The notes under the pieces are model-generated. The model worked only from the letters and a program-made list of their open reading frames with translations, was not told the DNA's origin and searched no databases. A program made the position numbers and the translations under genes. From Lama guanicoe (lineage: Eukaryota), in assembly GCA_013239625.1 (NCBI GenBank), contig MU053881.1:6533957-6597956 (forward strand): a stretch of DNA of 64,000 bases. The letters are read 5' to 3'. How positions within the stretch are numbered: the first letter of the stretch is position 1; every line of letters starts with the position of its first letter. This document shows positions 48,171 to 59,180 of this stretch, one piece after another.

Positions 48171-51100
48171 TCACTTGTCAGACCACAGACTGGGCTGTCA
48201 AAAGGGCAGTGTGGTGACCTGGGACACAGGGTCATGGGCTGGGGTCACACTGCAGATGACCTTCCTGCCTCAAACCCCACCTCCCTGCTCAGTCACTTTC
48301 TGTCTCACCATCAGTCCAGCCATTACTCCAAGTGTGTCGGACACCACCTAGGGAGGGGACTTCAGCCTTGGAGATAAATATGTCCCAGGTGGAGGTGAGG
48401 GCAGAAGTGCTATGAATAAGTCTGTATGGAAACATTTCCTTTTCTTTCACAATAACTGCTTTGCGTATTCAGTTTGCTGCCCATTGAACCATCTGAATAA
48501 TGTAGAGACACAGGTGAGTGAGCAGACAGATTAACATCCTCCAAAAAGCAAAGGCAAACAAGTCTATTAAAAAAAAACACAGAGTAAACTCTCACCACTC
48601 GGGGAACTAGAGGAAGGCTAGCTTGACTTAGCAAAAAAGTACAAATTATAGGATGTTAAATATTAATTTAAAAATATGAATGCATTTCCAGTATTGTAAT
48701 ATCTCTCAGACATCCTTAAATAAGAGGAAAAGGACTTAAATGGGAGCGACTTATATAAATGAAAGCTCCTGAAGCATTTGAAGGGCTCTAAGAACAGTTG
48801 TTTTAAGTAATCGTTTATTCCTCCTATACCTACTGCAATGCAATATAGTTTTATACAAGTTAACTTATAAAGTGTCAGTCATTTAAAGCATCCTATTGCT
48901 CTGTCCATCTTCTACTGAAGGGTCACAAAATCCAGATAAGTGGAACTTTCAACGTTTTACCATCACAAAAGGAAAAGAGGCTGTTTTCCTCTGGGTCCTG
49001 TCAGAATGCTTTCTATAAATTTACTCCAATCAAGAATCAATTGCCGTCTAACCTTCTTGGCCCACTGTTGTCAAGCAGACATCACCAAATCCAGGTATTG
49101 AACGGCTGTCAATCTGGGCTGGCAAGAGTAGTGATGAGATGGGCAGGCTGCTGGGAATGTACCCACACTCCATCTCACCCCACGATGATGGGGAGGGAGG
49201 ACGGGCTGAGTTTCAATCTGAGAACAGGATGAGTAGGTGCATTACACCGGGTGCATTTCCCTAGTCCATGTCAGCCTCTTTGCATCAGATTCTCTCTGCA
49301 TTTGTCACTCTTCCTTTCAAGACCATGATCTCAATGCAAAAGGAATCCTTCAAAGTGAGTTTATATCTTGTACCTCTTGTCTAAGGTAACAGACATTCGG
49401 ATAAGGTTCCAAGGGAAGGGAGAGGCAGAAGAAACTTGGTAACAATTCCCAATTGTCATCTTTCCTATGTGCTGGGCAACACATATATTGTTTTATCCTG
49501 CAGGGAGTAAGGTAGATTATTCAATATAAATAAGATATTCTGTTTATACAAAATAGCTGTAAATGGCCAATTTCCTTATAATTCGGATAGAACCTTTAAT
49601 TATTATGTTTGTAACTTACAAGTTAGGCAGCAATTACCTAAATACCGCAGCATTTCTACGTAAATCAAAGGGCCAATTCTCAAACAAGCTCCCCATCCCA
49701 CATAAGTCTAATTCAGAATACTCACATATATTTTTAACTCATTTAAATATAGAAATCAAGTTGTTGGTTTAAATCTCCCAGCATTAGATTTAATAGCAGT
49801 TTTTTTAAATGCACAGATATTTAACACTGTGAACAGAGGTGACAGTTATGTTACAATGTAAATAAGGAAGACACAAATGTATTTTTGGAAGGAATGATGT
49901 AATTTTGAAGGCATCTAGTATACCTTCCCAAATTTAACTTATCCAGAAGCTTAAAAGATTTTTCTTTTTTCTTTTTAAGCATTGACTTCTAGCAGTCTGC
50001 CTGTGATTGACTTCTTCACAAGCCCAGGGGAATCTCTTTGTAGAAGTTTGAGAGATTTTTCTAAGAAACTGCACTTGCTTATCATCTCTTTCATTAAAAA
50101 TGCACCAAGTAATTACTGAAATACCAAATGTTAAACCCACTTCATTAGGACAGAACTGGTTTGTTTGCGGGCTGACCAGCAGGATTAATTTCCGTATCAA
50201 ACAGATTCTGTAACATCTGAATATTTGAATACTGACTGCCAAGCGTTTGTTCTGTTTTGCTTTTTCATCACCATCTAATTGTTAGGCTGTGGTAACATCA
50301 GTCACGGAAGGAAATTCATGTATTTGGGACTCAAGAGGCTGATGCTGGGAAATCGCCCGCATGTGGGTGTTAGGGGCTTAAATCAGTGGTTCTTGACTTT
50401 TTTGTGTGTTACAAAGTGAGGACTACAATTTACATCACAATCCAGTATACATAAAGGGAACATTTTATAAAATGTTTTGGGGCAAAGGTTTCATGAAATA
50501 ATACTTTCTCTCATTAATGTGAGATGCACTCTGTTCTCAGTTTTAATCTATTCCTTTATAAAAATGTGCTGATTGTGACCCTCATGGTCATGATTTGGGA
50601 ATGAAAACACTAATTTAATCTGTCCACACTTGCAGCAACCTTCTAGGGGTGCCCACAATCCAGGCATTCCTTTCCCTCACACCAGCACTCCCTTCCCTTT
50701 CTTTGTATGCCTCATGGTTCTGGCCACCATACATATATTCTGAAGGAACTTTGGAAGGGACTGTGGAGGTTTTCACTTCCCTCTTCCTCCCCCCCCAGGG
50801 AACCTCGGAGTGCTTGCTGTCCTGGGGGTCCCACTAAAGGAAGGAAGGTGGCCCCGCTCCCTGGTTGGACGAAGAGGAAACAGAATTTACAGGTGGGAGC
50901 CTCCTTGACAGTTTCTTTTGAGGTTTGTTAAGAGTTTCTGAGGCCAAAAGTTGCTTGTTACTATTATTTTTTGTTATTAAAAATACCGATGAGCCAGTTT
51001 CTAAGTCAGGTAGAGTTTGGATAGTAAAGATGAAAATTAAGCCAGAGATCTAATACAGAGATGATAACTACAAAGCAAGAATAAATCAGGGTATCTTCTG

Positions 51101-52806
51101 TCTATAAAGTACTTCTACTCTGTGAAATGTTTTCATGCCCCTTGTCCCACTACAGCCTTGTAGGGGGGAGCATTACCCTCTCCATCAGAATATTAGGAAG
51201 ATTGGTTTCCTAACAGATCAAGGGTTTTTCTAACTATAAATACCTTCAAAAGTGATGAACAGTCTATCCCTGGGGATAAAGTGAGCTGTAGACGATGCTA
51301 TATGCAGGTAATTCCAAGAATGAAGGAAAGGCTGGAAGAGATGCTTCAGATTATGTGGTCCTTCATATTTTGGGGTCACAGACTTTTCTGAGTGTGGATG
51401 AAAGCTTTAGACTCTCTCAGAAAAAGAAAATGCATCTAACTATAGCATCTTGCCTGTACTTTCTGAGTTCCTGTATCTTTCAACTCCACGGAGCCCCTGT
51501 TGAAGACTGTTAGCACAGGGGAGCTCCTCCAAACTCTGTCATTAACTGGCTTTGCCTGAGTCCTGGGTTACGTAGCCAGTTGGTGACAGAACTGGACCTC
51601 AAATCCAGCCAGTCCAGGGCCTCTTTTATAGATCTGGCTTCCATGTGGCCCTACCATGGCTTCTGTTTCTCTTGAGCACAACTCATAAGTTGGTTTGTGA
51701 CCAGCCTGGCTGTAGTTCTGCTCCTGACAAGCTCTGTGCTCATGCATAAGTGAGGCCCTGAGACTGTGAGCAGGAGGAGGACCCAACTCTTGGGCCTTCT
51801 CCCTAGTGAGGGGTCTCCTCTGTTAGGTCCATAGCCACGACATGACCAAAGACCATGGCCATGACCATCTCCTTCTCCCTTTCTCCATCATGGGGGGCTC
51901 TGGGTTGGACTTGACACTTACCCATCTAGTTTTGAGGTTAAATATGGTGGTCCTTGGCATGAACACAGCCCAAAGATAGGTCTTGTTCAGCCTATAAAAT
52001 GTGTTTTCATTTTTTTCTTTGAAATTGTGAATATTTAAAGATTCATGCACAAGTTTGGATTTCTGATTCCTCTTGGAAAATGGGATTATCTGACACCTTT
52101 GGTCTCAAATCCTCACAAAGCAACCGTCTATCAGAGCTGAGCGGTGTCTGATACTCTGAGAAGCAAAAGCCTCTAGCGAGCCCTTTGCTCACCTCTGGCC
52201 TTCTCAATTCTTTTGTGCTCCCTGCCTGAGCCTGCAGGCATCTGAGGTTTTGGTTCCTGATCTGTGTCTACTTACCCTTCCACCTGCCTACCTTTCTCCT
52301 ACCTCATGGCACCCAGTCACCCTCTCTCTTCCTCACTATTTGTTTACTTAAACACATTCCGCTTGGTTTTGCAAAGGACTTGAAGCTGATTATATGAAAC
52401 ACATATAATAAAATAAAAAGAGATAAAATAATAAGAAAAACTGCCTCAGAAAATGTTGATTAGATTAGGAGATCAAGACCATGGGGAAAAAGAGAAATTT
52501 AGAAATTCAGGTTATTTGTCCTAAGCAATTCCTACACTTGAGCCACAAATTGGCTTTGAGCTTTTACATATATCTTATTGTCTGCGAGAGGAAAACATAT
52601 CAGCTTCTTAGGGGGAGCAAAATTTTTCTAACAACTTGTCTCTAAAAGAATGTTTCCAACTGTTTCTATGTAAGTGGGGTTTGCTGACAAGGGGCATAGA
52701 AAGTTGGCGAGTGAGAAGACTAATTACAAAATATATACTTGATTAAGAAGCTCTTCTGTTGAAAGTAATGTGACCAGAGCAGTCAAGTTAGTTTAAACTT
52801 TTTTAC

Positions 52807-52839
52807 CTCTCTGATACTGGTAATACCACCAGGCGATGT
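52807..52839 (-). CDS. KCNIP1: KCNIP1 33-nt alternative cassette exon, (D)IAWWYYQYQR (KChIP1b insert)
   Basis: ttttcctag|ACATCGCCTGGTGGTATTACCAGTATCAGAGAG|gtaaaa. Phase 1-1 and frame-preserving. Matches the known 11-aa aromatic insert. Not present in the ORF track. Confidence 0.95.
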
Positions 52840-53035
52840 CTAGGAAAAAGTAAGAAAACATTTTACCAAATCCATTCATCAGACAAGCAAAACACACTTT
52901 TATTTTCCATGGAAAGTCCACTCTGAGGGTGTCCAGGTCACCGTCCAGCTCAGCATATGCAAAGAGGTCTCTTGTTGGCAGAGCTGGGACTGACCTTCTC
53001 CCATGGTCACAACAGGCAAGAGCGATGAGTCACTT

Positions 53036-53066
53036 TGCAGTGCCCACAGCTCCCAGCAGGGGGCTC
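53036..53066 (+). promoter_or_regulatory. Candidate CTCF site with upstream motif
   Basis: TGCAG (53036-53040), a 12-nt spacer, then core CCAGCAGGGGGCTC (53053-53066). Confidence 0.6.
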
Positions 53067-53949
53067 ATTGAGCATTCCCACAGCCATGCAGCCATGCAGC
53101 CTGAAGAGAGATGGGATGACGTGGGGCAGAGGATGCACGGATGTGTATGGGCCTTGGATACACCTGCATGTTTGACTGAAGAGTGGCTTATAAGATTCCC
53201 TCCACAGTGGAGGCCCCACTGTCACTCTGCCACTTTGTGATTTGAAGCTGCATTCTTGTAGGATTCTTTATTCACTCACTCAACAACTATCAATGACGTA
53301 TCTACTATTTATATATAGGTGAATGAAACCATGTTCCCTGCTCTCATGGAGCTTACAGTCTGAAAATCTTTGCTTCTCTCTTCCCTTCTCAAGCTTGATA
53401 AGGAACACAGAGGCAGAAAAGGAAAAAAAGGCTGTTAGAAAAGCATATTAGCACATTAAGACGAGTGGGTGGGGTGGATGCATGTGAACCCCCCTGTTAT
53501 ACCAAATATAAAACATAAGACAAAACATCAGACCTGGGAAATCCATTGCACCATGGAGTTGGGTGAGTCCAGGTCCCAGAGAGTGGGAAACAGGCTTTAT
53601 TTGCTGCTCTCCTGCTGGCCTTTTGGGTCTGTTTGGGAGGTCAGCCTCGTTTTCTTTCTTGGCTCTTATTTGAACTCCCCCTGTCTTTCCAGTATCCATA
53701 ATCAAGAGCGCACAAGGTAGCCCAGCCATCACCTTAAGACTGTGTTAGTCACTCCCTGCCCACAACCCCAGACAGGAGGGGATTATTTTTCTCTACCCTT
53801 AAAAGTAGTGGACAGGGGACGTCCTTTGGTAAATGTTCCTGCTCATATCTCTTTACCTGAATCCTCCATGGGAGAAACTTATTTTGCTGGATTTAGTTGT
53901 CCCCTTTTATCACTCTGATTAGGTAGCATTTTATTTATTTATTTTTCTC

Positions 53950-54232
53950 ATAGTTTATTTTTAGAACAGTTTTAGGTTTATGGAAAAATTGCATAGAAAA
54001 TAGAGAGTTCCCATGCACCCCGCTCTTCCAGTGTCCCTTATTATAACATCTTGCATTGGTTTAGTCTATTTGTTACAACTGATGGACCAAGACTGATATG
54101 TTGATTTTAACTAAAGTCCGTGGTTTACATGAGAGTTCATCTTTGTGTGTTACAGTCCTACAGGTTTTGACAAATGTATAATGCCACGTGTCCACCACTA
54201 GTATCCTACAGAATAGTTTCACTGCTCAAAAA
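53950..54232 (-). mobile_element. L1MC/MD-like 3' end fragment
   Basis: 'tttttagaacagttttaggttta...gagagttccca...gttttgacaaatgtataatg...cagaatagtttcactgc'. Confidence 0.75.
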
Positions 54233-54999
54233 TGCTTGGGTGGGCAAAAAATGTCTATAGATATGGAATGACCTTCTCTGACATGCCAAGAATGGGATAG
54301 GTATTGGGAGAGAGATGAAAAGATATAATGTCTGTTCACATGGAGTTCTTAGACAGGTGGGTAGGGCACACACATACACCAAGGATTATAAACTCAAATG
54401 CCAATAGTAGTTGGTAGGTGATTTAGATGAGTTGGGTGATGGGTGTGCAACCATAGAGAATAGTGGGGACAAAGAACTGGGGAGCCATTGCCCCACGAAA
54501 GGGAAGTAGCTGTTACACAGCTGGTTGTTATCATGTAGAATTTAAGCCTAGTGAGTCCAGATCTTCAGATTTTTCGAGAGATGCTACAATTAAAAAATGA
54601 TTTGTGTCCTGATTCTTAACCGTTATCAGTGAATTTAACATTTATGCATATAGCATGGACCAAATATAACATTCCTGTTTGTAGAATACTGTGAGTTGCT
54701 TGCTGGTCTGGAATTCTTCATTGGCAAATCATTCCAAGCAGTGTGGATATGGCTAAGACGATGGGAGCCAAGAGGAGGAAGCTCTTAACTAATGCCTCCG
54801 GGATGGCAAGGGATTGGAAGGGGTCGCAAGGAAAGTTTCAAGGGGAGGTGATAATTTATTTGAGTCTTGAAGGAAGAGGGACAAGGAAGCAGCATTTGCA
54901 AAAGTACAGAAGCAGAAAGACCCTGGAATTGTGAGCTTTCTTGTAGCAGAGCTGACTTCTCACTGAGAAAAACTAGAAAAGGAGAATTTAAAAATTCTG

Positions 55000-57057
55000 T
55001 CTGAAGCCATGATTCTGGAGGGAAGAAAAACTCATTAAGGTGAGCCTGACAGTCAATGCTACTTTTCACCTTAGAGCAGATGCAGATTGATAGTGGCATG
55101 GGTAATGAGATTGAGAAACTGAGCAAAAGGTGTCTGCCAAGAGCAAAGGACACGAGCAGTACTCTTAGCAATTTGGGAAGACAAAAACTGGATCAGGGCC
55201 ACCAAGACATTCAGGACCTGAGGGGCTCAGACTGGAGGGGCCACGGAGAAATGAACCTGATAGCCTAAGCTGCTTACTCCCTTCAGGCGTTTGTTAATTC
55301 CTAAGTGACCGAAGTCAAGAGAAACTGAGCAAAAGCCACAGCCAAGATGTGGTAGAGGCAAATGGAGCTTTTGGCAGGCTCACAGTGTTGGGAGATCACT
55401 GCTGGAGTTCCATGTCTTCCTGGGAGAAGGGTCCCTGGTAAACACTCAAGCTTTCAGTTTGACCCCTCGAAGACTACATTCTAGGAGCAAGGACAAGTTA
55501 GAAATAGATCAGGTCTTATAATGTTTGAAATCCAGCCTCAAAACAGCTCAGTCCCTATTTGGATTAAGTTTATCTGCCCCTACTCTATTACCTTCTAGAG
55601 GTTGAATGCTTCGCTGGGTAGTTTACAAATTTTTTATTCGAATGTCTACCTTTCATTGAACACTTGCCAGGCATATAAGAGACAGGATCAAGGGAAAGAA
55701 GGTAGAAAACAGCAATATAGTAATAGATCTATGGGATCTCGATATTGGACCTATCAAAAAATAATGATGAAATAGACTCCAGAAAATGAATAAAAATAAG
55801 GCGAATTCCATCAGAGAACCAGAATATATGTAAGAAAGTAAGTTTAAAGTTCTAGCATTGAACAGTATATTGTCCAAAATTAACAACTAAATAGATCAAT
55901 TTAACAGGTTAGGCAGAGATGAAGAGAAAATTAATGACTTGGTAGATAGATCAAGAGAAAAATACATGTACTTATGCACAGAGAGAAAAACGGAAAATAC
56001 AGATAAGAACATAAAACATGATGAAAAGTTCTAACATATGTATAATTGGAGTCTCAGAGAGGCAGGAGATAAAGAATGATGCTCAGGCAGTATTTGAAGA
56101 GATAATAAATGAGAATTTTAAAAAATGGATGTGATAAATCAAGCCACAGATTCAAGCAGCAGCACTGTAAACCTCAAGCAGATAAACTCAAAACTGCATG
56201 TAGGAACATCACAGTAAAACTGCTGAAATTCTAAGACAAATAGAAAATCTTCAATACAAGAGAGCAACCTTCAGGTAAAAGTCGAACCCTAACTAAATGC
56301 TGCTTGAAGCATAAGGACACAGCAAAGGCTAAATAAAGTAAAAGAATGGAAAAGGACACAGCATGCAAACACAAATCAAGAAATGCTGGCATGGCTATTT
56401 TAATATCAGATTAAGTAGACTTAAAGGCAAGAAGCTTTGCTGGAGAGAAAGAGGAAGTTTTCACAGTGAAAGGGGCCGTTCCCTAGGAGGACATGAAATT
56501 CCAAACTAGTATGCTGTTAACAACAGTACAGTTTCAAAATACATACAAAGCAAAGGCTGGCAGACCTAAAAGGAGAAATAGCAAGTTCACAGTCATAATT
56601 GGAGATTTAAAAACATCTCTTTCAGGAATAAAACAAAAAGGATATAGAAGAGGCGAGCAAAGCAGTGAACAGACTTGGCGTCGCTGACACATGTAGACCT
56701 CTTTACCCGATGATCATAGAATGCTGCATGTTCTTTTCAAATGCACACAGAACGTTTACCAAAATCAACCATTTCCTGTGTCCTAGAGCCCATCTCAACA
56801 GAGTTCAGAGGATTGAAATTATTCAGAATAGTTTCCGTCTGAAGAGGAATTAAACAATCAATCCAGTGCAACGAGAAGACAAGGAAATCTCCAACCGTTT
56901 GGAAATCAGGCAATGTGGTTCTAATTCCTAAGTAACCCATGTATCAAAGAAGAAATCTCATGGAAATTAGAAAGTGTTTTGAGCTAAATGATAATGAAAA
57001 TATGATGTATCAAAACTTGTGGGATGCCATTAAAACTGTGCCCAGAGGGAAATTTAA
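55000..57057 (+). mobile_element. Decayed ancient L1 (ORF1 remnant and ORF2 endonuclease remnant), antisense to KCNIP1
   Basis: 'TVIIGDLKTSLS' (APE-type GDFN motif), 'FFSNAHRTFTKINH', 'QRIEIIQ' and 'tatcaaaacttgtgggatgc' are L1 ORF2 hallmarks, broken by stops and frameshifts. The left boundary is uncertain. Confidence 0.85.
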
Positions 57058-59009
57058 GAGAGCGTGACATACTTGAGCCACAAATAGTTTATGTGCCAGC
57101 GTGTGTGAAACTGAATGCTGTGCTGTCTCTTGATGGCACATTTTTAGTGTTTCTAGTGGTTCATTTTTAATGTTGCCTAAACTATGTTGGTTACATTAGG
57201 GACTATGTTAGTGATGGCATGCTGACATTTGAAATGTAATTTTTTTCTCGCCCCTAACCATGGTTTGTGGGTTTATTCTGGATAAGTTTAGCACCATCTT
57301 TTGATTGACAACTTACCCTAATATAACTAAGGGTGAAGATCCTTGCTGGTGCCTGGGTAGAAAAGAGGGAAGAACAAGTTCTATTTGGTCCTTAAGTGTA
57401 ATCTTTGAGGATGAGATTCTTACAGCCAAGGCTTAGAGGTGAGTCATAAACTCAGGCAGACACACACGGCACACAACTCATCAGCTCTGAATTTTATAAA
57501 CTTAACGATGAGTCCCGGGAGTGTTAGGCTGAGCCTTGATAAAGATTTTCTGAGTGTTCCAGACATTTTTTTCCCGTCTTCTTGGTTCAATAAAACTCAA
57601 ATCATGTTTTGCTCCAAGCGTTTGTTCTCTTAATCTTGAAACCCTCCTGCCCCTTTTAAGCAAAATTGAATTTATACATTTCTCATTCATTTACACCTCA
57701 GTCCTGAAAATGTTCTGAAAAAACAGTCCTACCAAGAAAAAAAAACCAAACAAAAAAACCTCTTTGAGTACTGCTACTTCCATTACATGAGAGGTTTTCC
57801 AGATGAAATGTCTTGGAATATATGGAAAATTCTTCCTTATCAATAATGTGTTTCAGTTCTCTGACCTCCATCCTCAAATGGGGGTGTTTCTGGGGGTGGC
57901 GTTCAGATCACCAAACTGGGTGGGGTGTGTGGGAGGGGTGTGTCAGATGCACCTCGCAACTTCTTGGGAGGGTGGTGGTGGTAGAAATTAATTGCCAGGG
58001 ATGTTACGCAATTACTAAAAATCCACAAAGTCACTACACAGATTGTGACATTAAGTCACAATTCTGTTGTTTGTGTGATAGTGTACCATTCACACATTTT
58101 CCACCAAGACTGAAAAAACAAAGAAACTCCTGGGAAAGAAGTGAGTCATCTAGATCCCGGGAGTGGCAGGAAGAAGGAGCCCCAAACGGTGTTTCAGGAC
58201 GAGGAGCAAGGTTACATACATTAGAGACTCCTGGGTGTCCCCTCTTCTCCAAAGCAGCATTTCCATCCAGCTGAGCCCCTGGCCAGGCTGCAGAGTAGAA
58301 ATAAATATCAGGTTCACTGCAGCATCTCAGCCACAGGCAAACATCTCTAGATAATGTTTTAAGTGGGCCTCTTTGTCTGGAAAAAGTGTCCCAGGATGAG
58401 ACTTTTGATGATTTACTTAGGTAGCTCCAGCAGTTTCCACAGCTCTAAGCGGGGATTAGTTATATCCTGCCACCAGCTAGCACTCCGGAAGCAGGGGGAA
58501 ACCTCCCGCCGTTCCTCCTTTGGTCTCAGCTGGACATTGCCTTGAAGTTCCAGCACATGGAGACAGCCAGTTAATGAGCAGCGGCCGCCCTGCTCTGGGG
58601 CAGAGGGCATGCATGCTACCCAGGATGAGTGGGTCTAGACTATTTCTGCAGGAAATCAGAGGATTAGGTGGGTGAGATTGTGTTACTCCTCTTGACTGAG
58701 AAGCTAAGATGATTTATTGCAAATGAAGAGGAGGGAAAAACAGAATACTGTCCAGGGAGGACGTATGCTTTTAGTTTTAAGATAGAAAAATGAAGATGCA
58801 GAGAGGGTTGAAGGAATTACTCAGAGGAAGGTAAAATTGCCATATGAGTAAGACTTAGCTCAGGCTGGCATAGAATTTTCTCATCCATGGAAATGCATTG
58901 GATCAAAGGTCAGGCTAAGGTGTCAAAAGCCTATTTTTCAGTTTCACTGCTACCCAGATAACTCGACAACTTGCTAAGTGATGGTTCCCAAGCAGAGGGC
59001 TTGCTTTGA

Positions 59010-59180
59010 TGGGCTAGTGAATGTTTAACAGCTGGCTCTTGGGGGGAGAGGGGAGGACCCTGCTGGATATGATTTTCCAATTTCCTTGGTGTAAATATTC
59101 CCACCATAGCCTAGTTCAGACTGTCAACGTGAAGTCACCGAATATGGATTTGGGAAGTGAAGCCCATGATTTGCCGGTCT
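59010..59180. mobile_element. MER63-like hAT fragment
   Basis: 'aatgtttaacagctggctct...ggtgtaaatattcccaccat...gatttgggaag'. Confidence 0.55.

Noticed and set aside
56493..56853. ORFs with endonuclease-like motifs
   Set aside because: They are fragments of a decayed L1 ORF2 with stops and frameshifts, not a host gene.
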